A stretch of 64,000 bases of DNA from Proteromonas lacertae (lineage: Eukaryota): assembly GCA_002245135.1 (NCBI GenBank), contig NGBS01000327.1, positions 1 through 64,000 of the forward strand, given 5' to 3'. Positions 36,329 through 50,232 of this stretch are shown here, piece after piece. How positions within the stretch are numbered: position 1 is the first letter of the stretch; each line of letters starts with the position of its first letter. Position numbers and translations under genes: made by a program. A model generated the notes under the pieces. It was not told the origin of the DNA and did not search any database. It saw only the letters and a program-made list of their open reading frames with translations.

Positions 36329-39300
36329 TAAAAAACCAAAAATTCAATGTTTATCTAAATATTGATTGTTAGTTATATAATTATATGTTTTATGTAATTT
36401 CATATAAATCATTTTTCTATGTAAATTTTTAATTCTAGGACAATTTAATATGTTCAACATCATATATTAAACAAACATCATATATTCAACAAAATTTCAT
36501 CATTTCTTTAGTTTCTTGCCATTATCTTTATTTCCAGGTTCACCAAATCACTATGAGAAAAAGCTTGATGTTTTTTTTTCTTTTTTGTGTTTTTTCTCTG
36601 TAACCATAAGGAATTAGAAAAAAAATACGTCATAAGTTATATGTGATATAGATGTCTATGAAAATTTAGTTATTTTTGTTACAGTGGTGATATGCAATTT
36701 AAGGTAAATTTCATCCTTTTTGTAATTTAATTAATGTAACATGTAATATATAACATTTTATCATAATTTTCAATTTTTGGCTCTAATATATCTATTTCAG
36801 CACTGAAAAAATGAAACTAATACAATCAAAACAGAATCAAGCCTGCACCACTTAACATCTTTGTGAACTTTGTTTATTATAAAATAGAGTTTGTATTGCC
36901 ATAATATTTTGGTAGTCGCGAGAGTGGGTTGATTACAAATTTCTGATATATCTCACTTTGGCAATAGTGGGATAGGTAATTCAATGGAATTTACGTAAAC
37001 GATGTGAATTCCCCATTTTAATGGCTTGCTGTATTTTTTGGATAGTAGTTAAGCGAATTGTTTTACAATTTTTTGCTAACTCTTGCCAATTAAGGAGATA
37101 CATTCATTTTTGGAATACTACCTTCTTCAGGTAAAAAATTAGGTAGTATATTTATATATAATTCAAACACAACAAAAGAAACATATAATATCACTTAATT
37201 AATAATAATTCTCTTTTTGGGGATCTTTTAGGTTCTACTTCCTCTATAATCATATATGAATATAAATATATATACTAAAAATAACTTTAAGCCTATAAAA
37301 ATATAAAAATAAAAGAAAAACAATACTTAGAATTGTCTGGAATTTTCTAAAAATATCCTCTCCTCCTATCATCTCTGTATCTATATATATATAAAATAAT
37401 ATACTATCATTCTTTACTATCAATTTATCTATGAAATAATAAAAATAATATGCTTTACACTATTTCCAATCAATATTCACACTTAGTGTTTATCTTATAC
37501 TTTATTATATATATAATGAATAGTATATACTATTAATGAGTTTTCATTTCTTGAATATATTTTATTGTTATGGGTTTTATTATTTATAATTATTTATTTA
37601 AAGAAAATATACAAGTTGTTTTGGTAGTAAAACTATACTTTCTTTCTGATGCAAAGTTCATATAAGTAAAACTGTACTGTTGTAGGTGGAACTGGTTTAG
37701 CTGAGGTATCTTCATATTCTAAAGTATGTACATTCACTAACTCCAGGTTATACAGCAGTTTATCTTTGATATTATTTAGACAACTAGACAAAAATAGACT
37801 GAAAATATGTTATTAGAAAGTGAATATTAGAAAGTTATATCCTTAGGTTAAACAGCTGTATGTTGAAATAAAAATCCACTTTATATAGCAAAGTTAACAG
37901 CTGAGTAAAAAATCAGGAATACTAATGAATGAGGACCTAGTTCAAATCGTACCTATACAATAAATGTTTCAAATGGAAAGAACACAATTCAAATACTAAT
38001 GGCAATTAAAGTAGTTATAAGTGATGTTCAATTAATTCCTCCAACTACAGTTAAACATAATGTATCAATAGCAACAGGTGCATTACTGTCAGTTCAATTA
38101 TTTGATATTAATGCAAGGACTTTTCAAACTATTAATGTTACAAGCAAAAACTTATGACAAATATTATGGCATATTTATTTAAGATTAAATGAATTAAGAG
38201 ATATATAGAATTGCTAATTCATTTAGTAATAATAGACAATCTTATAGGCAATAATGTACATACTTTAGAATATGAAGATACCTCAGCTAAACCAGTTCCA
38301 CCTACAACAGTACAGTTTTACTTATATGAACTTTGCATCAGAAAGAAAGTATAGTTTTACTACCAAAACAACTTGTATATTTTCTTTAAATAAATAATTA
38401 TAAATAATAAAACCCATAACAATAAAATATATTCAAGAAATGAAAACTCATTAATAGTATATACTATTCATTATATATATAATAAAGTATAAGATAAACA
38501 CTAAGTGTGAATATTGATTGGAAATAGTGTAAAGCATATTATTTTTATTATTTCATAGATAAATTGATAGTAAAGAATGATAGTATATTATTTTATATAT
38601 ATATAGATACAGAGATGATAGGAGGAGAGGATATTTTTAGAAAATTCCAGACAATTCTAAGTATTGTTTTTCTTTTATTTTTATATTTTTATAGGCTTAA
38701 AGTTATTTTTAGTATATATATTTATATTCATATATGATTATAGAGGAAGTAGAACCTAAAAGATCCCCAAAAAGAGAATTATTATTAATTAAGTGATATT
38801 ATATGTTTCTTTTGTTGTGTTTGAATTATATATAAATATACTACCTAATTTTTTACCTGAAGAAGGTAGTATTCCAAAAATGAATGTATCTCCTTAATTG
38901 GCAAGAGTTAGCAAAAAATTGTAAAACAATTCGCTTAACTACTATCCAAAAAATACAGCAAGCCATTAAAATGGGGAATTCACATCGTTTACGTAAATTC
39001 CATTGAATTACCTATCCCACTATTGCCAAAGTGAGATATATCAGAAATTTGTAATCAACCCACTCTCGCGACTACCAAAATATTATGGCAATACAAACTC
39101 TATTTTATAATAAACAAAGTTCACAAAGATGTTAAGTGGTGCAGGCTTGATTCTGTTTTGATTGTATTAGTTTCATTTTTTCAGTGCTGAAATAGATATA
39201 TTAGAGCCAAAAATTGAAAATTATGATAAAATGTTATATATTACATGTTACATTAATTAAATTACAAAAAGGATGAAATTTACCTTAAATTGCATATCAC

Positions 39301-39657
39301 CACTGTAACAAAAATAACTAAATTTTCATAGACATCTATATCACATATAACTTATGACGTATTTTTTTTCTAATTCCTTATGGTTACAGAGAAAAAACAC
39401 AAAAAAGAAAAAAAACATCAAGCTTTTTCTCATAGTGATTTGGTGAACCTGGAAATAAAGATAATGGCAAGAAACTAAAGAAATGATGAAATTTTGTTGA
39501 ATATATGATGTTTGTTTAATATATGATGTTGAACATATTAAATTGTCCTAGAATTAAAAATTTACATAGAAAAATGATTTATATGAAATTACATAAAACA
39601 TATAATTATATAACTAACAATCAATATTTAGATAAACATTGAATTTTTGGTTTTTTA

Positions 39658-40703
39658 CAGGGTTGTATAAATCGGTCATGACCGACGGAGAAAACCGATC
39701 GGTCGTAGGTCAATAAACAAATGTTGACCGACACCAGGCTGTAGTAACTATTAGCTGACCTCCTCCTAAACATGTGATATTAATAATATTATCTAACTGT
39801 ACATATTGAATTCAAGCTCTATATATCATTCTATAAAATACCGAATTAACCGTCGGTCGATGCGCTTTTTTCTTTCTTCATAATTGAATCTAACCTTACC
39901 AATGAGTTATTCTATTGTGTTATATATGTAATATAAAGTATAGAATGATTATAAAAATTTGAAAGAAAAAATGGCAAACTTTTAGCTTGACATTAATCAT
40001 TTCTTAAAATTATCATAAATGTATCTAATATAATCTATCATTATATATTCTAGGAGTATAGTTTTACCAATTGGAGCGGCTCGTGAAGTTATTGCCTTAA
40101 AAGAGGCAAATATGCTTAAACATCTTAATTTTAACTTTTACAAAACCTTTTGGTATAATATGTTAAAGATAAAAAGCCTTGATAAATGCATTTTCAGTAA
40201 AAAGAAAGAGATTAATTATGCCAAATGAAGTACAAGAATATTTGCAATATGATATTCATTACAGCACCTCTGAAACCATTGGAAATATCTGGCTATCATT
40301 AAAGTCCAAGTTTCCTAGGGTATACATACTTGCCAAGAACAGTTTAAACATACTGGACAAATAAGTAACTTATCCAAATCAAATTTATCATGTGATAGAT
40401 TACAAATGAAATTGATGATTAGTAGAAATAAATAAGAACATAATTATATAAAATACCTAATTATTGTTGAGTATTAAATTGTAATTCTTTATAAAAAGTT
40501 AAAAATTATTTAATTGGATTGAAAATATATGAATCAAGTATTAAAATATATTATAAGATAGTTTTTATGAAGGGAAAATTAGTATATAATGAATTAAAAT
40601 AGATTTTATAATATTCGGCTTGTAAGGCTTGACAGACCGACGTTCAAGGCAAAACCTATAGGTTTTGACCTATCTCCGTCGGTAACCGATAAATACAACC
40701 CTG
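39658..40703. mobile_element. Mirror copy of the non-autonomous hAT element
   Basis: Same TIRs and TSD as 35283..36328, inside the duplicated arm. Confidence 0.93.
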
Positions 40704-40748
40704 GTTTTTTATCATGTTTTTATAAATAAATATCAATTAATAATCATA

Positions 40749-42236
40749 TTATTTAATAATTCCGTTAATTATTGTTTTTATATCTTCATTGATATTGTCC
40801 AACTTCATCATTTCATTTGAAAAACTTGAATTTATATCTACTGCTATTGGAAGATTATTAATTATATTCTCGCATGATATAAGTTCTACTTTAAGTATAT
40901 TCTGATATTCATTTATTGCTTTTATAAGCTATATCATATTATATTATAACTAAGATATGATTATATACAACGTCTCTCTCTTTCTCTTTACAAGATTTAA
41001 TTTCCAATTGATAATTAGGAGGATATAATGTACAATTATCTATTTCTGATTCAATTTCATTTTTATTCTTAATTAATTTTGACTATATTTATAGATATAA
41101 TGCTTATTATACAATTTTCTCATCCACTTCTTTGAAATGTATTTTCAAATATCCAAACATATTATTGATCATAGATGTAATTGTTGATTTGTACTTATTA
41201 TTATTATTTTCCTATTATTATAATATATATGTAAATATTATTAATAATTATACAGTATTGGTCATTGGTTTTAGTGATTTATCATTTATGCAATTTAGAA
41301 TATTAGTTAAATCTGTAAATAATGTAATCATATTGTTTATATTCTTAATATCATTTTCAACTTCTTTTATTTTGTCACACTGTGTATTATATTGCACTTG
41401 ATATTCAATTCCTTTATCTGTATATAAATATGTCAATAATCCATCCAGCAAAATACACTTCTCTCTAAACCTTGTTTTTATTTCTTCCTCTTCCAAACCA
41501 TCATCACTTGATAGATTTATACTAATATTTACAATAAAGAATATACTTTGATGCTATATTTTTCACTATATTATTCTTTTCACTTTTTTCCTTCTCTATC
41601 TGTTCTGTTTTCTCTCTGAGAGATGATTTATACGAATCTATTGATTCTAGAATATCTTTCTCAATATTATTGTATGTTTGTATTATTTCATTTTTATCAA
41701 TTTTGTTATTTTCATTGTATAAATCTGTAATTTCACATATTTTAGATTTGCAACCCTCTAATTTTTCTTGAGAAAATTGATTCATATCCATTTCTAGACA
41801 GTTTTCATAATCTTCACAGTTTACTGCAGAATATATAGGCATAGTAAGAACTTTTATCAATAAGCTATTAAATATATGATTTATATTCATACTTAATAGC
41901 TTTCTCCACATCAGCTTGAGAATGGTTATAATATTCCATCATTTTTGCAATTAGATCGTTCATTAGTTCATTAAGATATGATGGAATATTTTTACCTGAA
42001 TTATACTTCCTTAATAATTTATTAAACATATCTAGGTTTAATTCTCCTAATTTTACCATTAATTGTATGTCTAAAGCTAGAATGCTAGGCTTTTTATTGT
42101 TATTCCTAGAAATAATTTAGTTGTTAGTATATACTTTTCATTTACAATCTCTACTTCTTCCATTTTTCTAAATAAATAAATATTAACAATAATACACAGA
42201 TTTCCTTTTTGTGACTGAAAATATGTTAGCAAGCAT
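40749..42236 (-). CDS. Duplicate of the 33750..35237 hypothetical coiled-coil gene
   Basis: Mirror ORFs; one G/E difference (CLGMD vs CLEMD). Confidence 0.6.
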
Positions 42237-42373
42237 TGAATATTTCAAACATAGAATGTTTCAAAAATATAACCGTTTTAAAACATTTTATTCTTGAATT
42301 ATCAAAACAAAACAGAATACTATAATGTCAATAATAATAATAATAATAATAAAATAACAACAATAACACAGAC

Positions 42374-43457
42374 TTATGATTTATTCTCCTCACTTATTGT
42401 TTTATCATCACTTTTGTTTGGTTGTTCTGATTTGGAAGGTGATTTTGCTGATGAAGCTGTTGGTGGTAGTGGTGGTGGAACTTCATTCTTTGGTTTAGTA
42501 ACAATAGCTGCCCATGAATTACCATTATCTTTACTGGATTTGTCTTGACTTGAATGATAAGTCCAATTTATACTATTTCCATTTGATGTACCTCTTTTAG
42601 TTTTATCCTTCTTATCTCTCGATTTTCTTCTTTGACCAGATTTTTCATTCTTAAATTTATTATTTGATTCTGAATGTCCTGAATCTGTTTTAGCACTTGT
42701 TGTATTTGATGATTGTGTTGTTGTTGTTGTTGATGGTGGTGATGCTACTTCTGGTTTTCCATTTTTAACTACAGCTGCATATCCTTTTGGGTTACTTGAG
42801 ATCGGTGGAATTGGTTTTGAATTCATTGGTTTTATTGATGGTGATAACTTTTCAGTTTCTGATGAATCTCCACCAAACAACATTACATTATAATCAGTAG
42901 AATCAACAGATGCAAATCTAAATGGTCTTCCATGTTCAAGAGCTTGATCAATTGACATAGATCTCTGATTCTTTACTAAATTACCATTTGGTGTTTTTCC
43001 AATCTATTTATAATAACAATATATATATATATATATATATTATATATACAGCTGCACTATGATCACCTTCTTCTAAACTACTTGGTAATGAGAAATTAGT
43101 ATAATTCTTAACAATACTAATTATCTCATCTTCAGTATATGAAATATAAGGTTCATGATATCCACTATCAACATCATCCATTGCTAATGGTGGGAAATTT
43201 AATGGATCAGAAGTTGTGCTAGTATTATTACTTACTGTCATATCATTATACATTCTACCTGATGATGATGATGGTCTAGATCTCCAATCATCTCTATATC
43301 TACTACTTCCACCTATATCATTTCTTTTAGATCTATTATTTCTATCATTACCACGGCTATCACCTCTCCTTCCATTATTGTTATTACCTCTACCACCTTT
43401 ACTACCTCTATCATTACCACGACCATCTTTTCTCATTCCTCCTCTACCACCTCCATT
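42374..43457 (-). pseudogene. 5'-truncated copy of the LARP4-like gene (lacks La motif and RRM)
   Basis: Duplication breakpoint at 43457 falls inside the RGG-encoding exon. Confidence 0.85.
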
Positions 43458-43666
43458 CTCTTGCCACTAGTAATATGAAAAATCTTAGATGATATTATTA
43501 TATTCATTGATCAGAAACTGATATTTACAATGATTTATTAATAAATGGTAATATTAAACTATGGGATTTTTTTTAATTAATTAACTGTGTTTTGTTTAAG
43601 TTTTAAAGAAAAACACAAAACATTAAAGCAATATAACAATAATAATAATATTATTCTGATATGTAT

Positions 43667-44248
43667 CTATGATAATTTTCTCAAATGATCATACTTAGTA
43701 TCTGTAAATCCCCACATTTCGTAAAATACGCATACTCTTAAAGCGATTGATTCGTATAAATCATCAAATTCTTCTCTTCCTAACACATACTCTGCACAGT
43801 ACGCTAAACATTCTGCAAAACCACCTAATGAAAGTCCACCTTCTTTTGTTTTATTACTCATAAAGAAACACTGATCAAATTCTTCATCAGACATAAAATC
43901 TTCATAAGCATCATGATTTTGGAGCATTTCTTTAAATTTAGTCTTTGTTACATAAAAATCACCATAGTCTTCTTCAGCATATTTCAAGAAGTATATTTTC
44001 ATTGTTTCTTTGAATCTATCAGAAATGAGCTGAACATCTCTGTTTTTATATGACTCGCCACTAAGAATATCCTATTTTTCATAAATGAATGCTATGTATA
44101 CAATTTTAACTTCTTCATTAACATCTTTACTTTCTTCTAATTTATCTTTTTCTAAATCTACAAGTGTAAACATTCTTTTTCCCATTTCATTGACAAATTC
44201 AGCATCTGATTTCCCATCTTTGATAATATCATTGAATGAAATCTGCAT
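43667..44248 (-). CDS. Hypothetical protein with EF-hand-like region
   Basis: Two exons; FYVTKTKFKEML...EEFDQCFF...GLSLGGFAECL resembles a degenerate EF-hand pair. Confidence 0.5.
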
Positions 44249-44372
44249 AATGGATTGATTAACGAATGAAATAAAATATAGACCTTCAATATAAAAATAT
44301 TTGTTTCAAGCCAAACAATAGCTCAAGCCAAACATTATTTCAAAAATCGTTATTACTCTGTTTGTTGCACAG

Positions 44373-45191
44373 ATGGTATTTATTATGTTGTATATTGCTA
44401 AGAACTTATTAAAATCCTTTCTGTTGATAATATGTTTTACAATATACATAAAAGAAGTAAAAAGTGAAATTGACACAACTCGAGAGGATATAATTACATC
44501 TTATGAGTGTAAAATTAATACTTTATCCATAAATTCCAATTATAATGTTTTTGTTGTAGAAGATGTTCAAATTCGTTATGAGTTACCTGTTTGTGATGAA
44601 GATGATTTATATATATATCCAGTAGTATCTACAGATGGTTCATATCCTATATTTGACGATGATAACTGGAATATAAATTGTAACAACAATTTGTTAGTTG
44701 CCAATTATAGTTTACCAATTTCTACTTCTTCTTTAGATTTTTGGTGTGGTTATGATGGTAGTGCAAATAAAACAGAATATAGGTTTTTAGAAAAGAAACA
44801 AATAGGGTGTAAAGATTCATACAACGAAGTATATTTATTAAATTTTAATGATAAAAGAGAATGTAAATCTCCTCCATTTGATCCAACAAAATTAAAATCT
44901 GTGAAATGTAATGAAGATAATTATGAAGCTGTAATACTAGAAGAATGTCAATGTCCAATCGAATATATCAATGGAAGTGAAAGATATGAAATACAATCTG
45001 ATAAAAATCGTCATGTAAATAGTGGTGTTGAAATAGAAGCTAAATGTGTTTATGGTGGTAATAGCGTAGTTACATTAAGTTGCAGTTATACAGGATGGAT
45101 ATTAGATAAAAGTAAAGGAAGTTGTGAAAATGAATCTTTCAAAAGATATCCTTACTCAGTTTTAGTTTTATTTATTCTTATAATATTTTAA
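44373..45191 (+). CDS. Cys-rich secreted / membrane-anchored surface protein
   Basis: Hydrophobic N-terminus, many Cys, hydrophobic C-terminus VLVLFILIIF (TM or GPI signal). Confidence 0.65.
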   Translation: MVFIMLYIAKNLLKSFLLIICFTIYIKEVKSEIDTTREDIITSYECKINTLSINSNYNVFVVEDVQIRYELPVCDEDDLYIYPVVSTDGSYPIFDDDNWNINCNNNLLVANYSLPISTSSLDFWCGYDGSANKTEYRFLEKKQIGCKDSYNEVYLLNFNDKRECKSPPFDPTKLKSVKCNEDNYEAVILEECQCPIEYINGSERYEIQSDKNRHVNSGVEIEAKCVYGGNSVVTLSCSYTGWILDKSKGSCENESFKRYPYSVLVLFILIIF

Positions 45192-45390
45192 GTTAAGTAT
45201 TTTTATTTATTTTATTTGTTTAAATCATATAAAGAGATGTTAATTTTAAATTTTATATATTTATTATCTAAATGTCTAATAAATATAGTTTACTATTCTT
45301 AAAATCACCATATACGTTATATATTGGAAGTATTACAAACAAAAATATGACAAAAATCCAACATATCACTCAATTAGCAACAAAATTTAA

Positions 45391-46742
45391 TTAGTTTCCT
45401 TCAACTTTTGTATAATAAGCAATAATACATTGCCTTAGCCATCTTGGAAATTTATTTGTATTAATATGCTGTTGAATATAACAAAATCTATAATTAATTG
45501 AGTTTTTGTTAAGAAATATATTACTTTTGTTTATAAAATTGTATGAATTATCATAAAAACTACATAAAATTATCAACAACATACAAACTCCTAATACACC
45601 AACTTCATCACAAACAATATATATATTGTTTTTCTTTCTGTTAAAAATATTTTCATTCAATATTTTTATTATATCTGGAATGTATTTGTATCTCCATTCA
45701 ACTCTATATTTCTTATTGTTAACAAGTTTATAATGAATTAAACTCTTCGATTTAATTAAATCTTCATCTATTTCCTCGATTTCTTTAATATTAAGAATAA
45801 ATGTTGATTTATTATCAATTATAGTTGAAATTTTAGTTGATAAATAAATATTTAATGGTAAAATTGTAATTTCTATATCATTTCTAATACTGTATGAAAT
45901 ATTGCTGTTATATTCATTGATCCATTTATTCACTTTTACTTCTAATTCATCTTTATCTGTTGCATTTTCTATTTCTTCAATATATTTGTACATAATTTCT
46001 GGATTTAACCCCTTATTCCATCTTTCTTCATCATCTCCAGCTCCTGCAATATAATCCCAACTATAATATATTCTGTTATTATAATCATCACTTTTTGAAG
46101 CATTTACACATATTATTGTATGATAATCAAATGAATTTATTTCTATTTTATTATAATCATATTTACTTTGATTTATCCAATAACATTTTAAAGGTTTTTT
46201 AATCTTAGGTATATTATTCAAACTTAGTAAATGATTTACTAGCTCTTCTTTCCATTTGTTTGTCATTTCTTTTATTTGATCAACTTCAGAAGGAGGTATA
46301 AATGATGGTAAACATAAATAAGACTCTGAAAAGAAATATAAATTCCAAACTGAACACCAAATAGGGATTGTTTTAGATAAAGAATCAGGAAAAGGTTTTC
46401 CAAATCTAGTACTATCCACTATTACAACACCATCTGATTCACTTATTAATTTCAAAAGAGATAAATTTAATCGACTGAAACTAAAAGACCAACGATAGGA
46501 ATGACCATCAGTGGATTTAAAATAGCATGTATCATCAAATGAGGGATAATACCACAATCCATTTCTCAAATTAGCTACAATAGGATATATTGAATAAAAT
46601 AAAGCAATTTCGCTAATGAACTTATAATCTAGTAATATTGATCTATTTATCACATAAATATTACATAAATATACTTCAAAAAGTTAAAAAAATAGTCATA
46701 TTTATCTTTGTGAAGTATCTGAACAGCATTATTAATATTCAT
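45391..46742 (-). CDS. RIT1: Initiator tRNA A64 2'-O-ribosylphosphate transferase
   Basis: ANLRNGLWY, CYFKSTDGH...WSFSFSRLNL, IVDSTRFGKPFPDSLSKTIPIWC, YIAGAGDDEERW; one 5' intron. Confidence 0.93.
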
Positions 46743-46836
46743 TTTGAAAAAAGCTTGACGTTACAAATACGTTTGGCTTGAGACAATATTGAAAAAGTTA
46801 ATTAAAAATATCGTAGTTTTTTATGAGAAAATAGAC

Positions 46837-47520
46837 AATGACACAGCAATTAAAAGCAATTACTAGAGTAGATTGAATTTGACAAATTGTAATCTTGCTT
46901 TTGTTTTTATTAACTCATTTGTTAGATGGATTTTGTGAAAGAAAAGGATAATATCACAAATCTTTTAATTCATGATATTATGAATGATTAATATATATTA
47001 CAATAATATAAGAAGGAAATGAATTAAAAGATATAACAATAGATAATATCATCAATAGAATAGATTTAAATAATATCTCAATAGATGATGTAAATTTAAT
47101 TTATTAACTTTAAAGACGGATTTGTTTAGAGAATATAATTTAATTTATTTAAATATTTGAGATTAAAATGAATGGATTTATGACAATCTGTTCAAAAAGA
47201 AAAGAAAAAATGATGATAAAAGATGTTATGATTTATTAAGTATTTAATAAAGTTATATATTGATTATGAAATACTTGATATATTCACTAACAAGATTAGT
47301 TATAAAGGTTTAAAAGAATTGACAGGTTCTTTTCAAGAAAATGTAAAATACATTTTAATAGGCAATAATCCAATGGAGATGTAGGAATATTGAATAAATG
47401 TTGGAATGAAATGATAAAAAGATTATGAACTATTAGAAAAGATAAATGTGGAAGGAAATGTTATAGAAAAAGAGAAATGAAATTAATGGAAGAAACGAAG
47501 AAGTTTTCTAAAGAAACATA
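46837..47520 (+). pseudogene. Degraded LRR gene fragment
   Basis: LRR-like pieces (IDLNNISIDD, LDIFTNKISYKGLKEL, INVEGNVI) broken by stops and frameshifts; similar to the 8880-14290 LRRs. Confidence 0.6.
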
Positions 47521-47533
47521 GTTAATTAATTAA

Positions 47534-49160
47534 TTAAGAAAAATCCCATAATTTAATATTACCATTTATTAATGGTAACATTAATAAATCATTGTAAATA
47601 TCAGTTTCTACATGCACATCCAATCCTTCTATATTAAAAGAAGATAGATATTCCCATCTTTTTGCATCATATATTATTATCTGACCAGAATCTTTGGATA
47701 TTATTAATTTTCCATTAGCTAAACCTATATGAACAAAATCACCACTCATTCTGTTTAATAATATTCTATTTATTAATTCACCACTATTGAATTTCCAAAT
47801 ATATAATATATCATCATTTCCTACACCTAACAAATGTTCTCTCTAAATTAAATATTATAAATAAATAAAATAGATTATTAATACATCTTCATCAGCAGTA
47901 ATACAATAAATCTTGTAATTATTCATATAAGTAAATAAGGATTCATTATTTATTTCATATTTTCTACAATATTTAAATGTATTCTTCTTATCAAATGAAT
48001 GGATTGTTCCATTACATAAACTTACTATATAATTTTCATTTACTATTATTCTGATTATGGGAGTATACTCAATTATATTGTTGTTCTTGTTTTGACAATA
48101 ATTATATACTTCAATTGAATTTATTAAATCTCCATTTTTTATATCATAGATTTCTAAAGTACCAAGTATTGTCCCTATTATCACATAATTCTTATCCTAT
48201 TAATTCATTGATTATATATAAATTATTACTTGAACTACATCTTGTATTGAATGACTATGAATTTCTAATAGCTTATATCCTAAATCTATATCCCAAATTG
48301 TTACAATGTTATTTAATCTAGAATAACAACATACTCTAGAATTCAGCATTCCACTTTCATTGTCCCATTGAGCAGCTAATCTTAATGGTTGACTTACTGG
48401 TAATACTTTATATCTTTTAGTACATCTATTATCATTATGAATATATAATATTATTATTTTACCTCCAACTCTTTCGAAGTTTATACCATACTGTTAAGTA
48501 ACCATTTCGATCTCCAAATACCATTTGACGATTTTCTTCGAATTTTATACTTTTGTTTTGAATTACAAATGTTATACATCTTGTAGATGGATATAATGAT
48601 TGAAATCCAGTTAATTGATTTGTTTTACAATTCCATTCTGTTAAACAATCATTATGATGAATTATTACAAACCTATTACTCTCTTTATTATAACCACCGA
48701 TTAGTGCTATATCTCCATAACTTGAACCATTAATTTCATATTCTTTGTATTTCTTTTCTTTCCAATTATTCTCTATCTAAACATCATAAAAATAGTTTTT
48801 ATTAAATTTTACTTTTGACATTCTTAAAACTCGATTATGCCATGATTCATCTTCTTGTAAATATCGATTTGCTAATTTCCAGTTTCGATGAAATAGAAAT
48901 TCCCAAATATCTTCATCTTCTAAACATCTTCTCCAATTAACACAAGTAGCTGATAAACATATTACTATATATCATTTTCAAATGGAAATAGTAGTACTAT
49001 CGTTTGGTGTTAAAAACATTAAGCAGTTCAGAAGAATATCTTTCAACATATTTGACCAACTTCTTAATTTCACTTTGCATATTCGTTCTTTATATTCTTC
49101 AGCATATGGAAACACTCCAAGTGTTTCTGAATATATTCTTTTTCGTTTAATAAAAGACAT
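47534..49160 (-). CDS. F-box / WD40-repeat protein, multi-exon
   Basis: F-box-like LKDILLNCLMFLT...LSATCVNWRRCLEDEDIW, then WD repeats (GTLEIYD, LYIWK, NIKLWD). Confidence 0.75.
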
Positions 49161-49368
49161 ACTTACTTTTAAAAATCGATAATCGTGTTTTGGGTGTTCG
49201 AAAATTATATTTCTTTATTGTATTGATATTCTGTTGAACTAAACACGATAGATACAACATATTACCATGATGGTAAACATTTCACAGTAAAAATAAGCAT
49301 TACAGAAGAATAAACCATACAAAACCAGAAACAACAATTAGAGTCGTTTCACTTCAATCATTTCAAAA

Positions 49369-50232
49369 ATGTCAGATTCAACTTCCAAAGAAAAGTATAT
49401 ATAATTTGCATATTGCTGTTTTTAAATTTATTTATTAAATTTATTTATGCATGTATAGCAATGATGACAGAAGAAGTGAAGACAATGAGAAAGATACAGA
49501 AAGAGATAATAAAAGTGATAAAGATTCTAGATCTGTATTTTAATATGTTTTATTATTTTAATAGAGAAGTGGATCAAGAGGAAGATGTATATTAGAGAAT
49601 AGTTTATTATACTGTTAGATAGTGATGATGATAACAACAAATCATCCAAAGAAAGTGAAAAACCAAGATATAATAACAAATACAATGCATACAGACCAGA
49701 TAAGAACGATTATCGTTGTTGTAGCAAATGTCTAGGTAATAAAGACAAACGAGATTGTGCATGTTTAATACCCTCAAGTAAAAGAAGATCTAATATAGGT
49801 AAAGAAGGTTGTAGAATGTGTGGTTGTAGAGGTTGTCATCCAGATGATAATTCTAATAGTCGTCGAAGAAGTAGATCACGTAGTTCAAGTTATCATCGTG
49901 GTCATCGAAAAAGTAGACGTTCTGATTCAAGATCTTATAGTAGATCTCGAAGTCGTTCATCTAGTTATCGTAGATCAGGTCATAAACGAAGTTATAGATC
50001 AAGATCAAGAAGTTCTTCCAATCGTAAATTGAATGATAGAGATCTAAAAGTATATTTCTTTTTATATACTATTACTGCATAGAATGGATGTTGCAAAAAA
50101 TGTATGAAAGCATTTGCAGGAAGAGCTTGTGCTTGTCAAGTTCCATCAGCACACAGAAAAACAGATTTATCAAAGAATGGTTGTTATCATTGTGGATGTA
50201 AAGGATGTTCTCCAGCTGATTTAAAAGATTAA
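49369..50232 (+). CDS. RS-rich protein with two copies of a Cys-rich putative zinc-binding module
   Basis: Five exons; SRSRS tract flanked by two CCxxC-x(7,8)-CxC-xxP...GCxxCGCxGC modules. Confidence 0.75.

Larger units (their letters stand above)
32529..37734 (+). repeat. Left arm of ~10.9-kb inverted duplication
   Basis: Reverse-complement match to 38253..43457; mirrored ORF coordinates sum to 75986. Confidence 0.97.
38253..43457 (-). repeat. Right arm of inverted duplication
   Basis: Reverse complement of 32529..37734 with at least six substitutions and one homopolymer indel. Confidence 0.97.

Noticed and set aside
36640..37140. Coding-like stretch within the palindrome arm
   Set aside because: Stops in all frames and no assignable motif; at most an unidentifiable relic.
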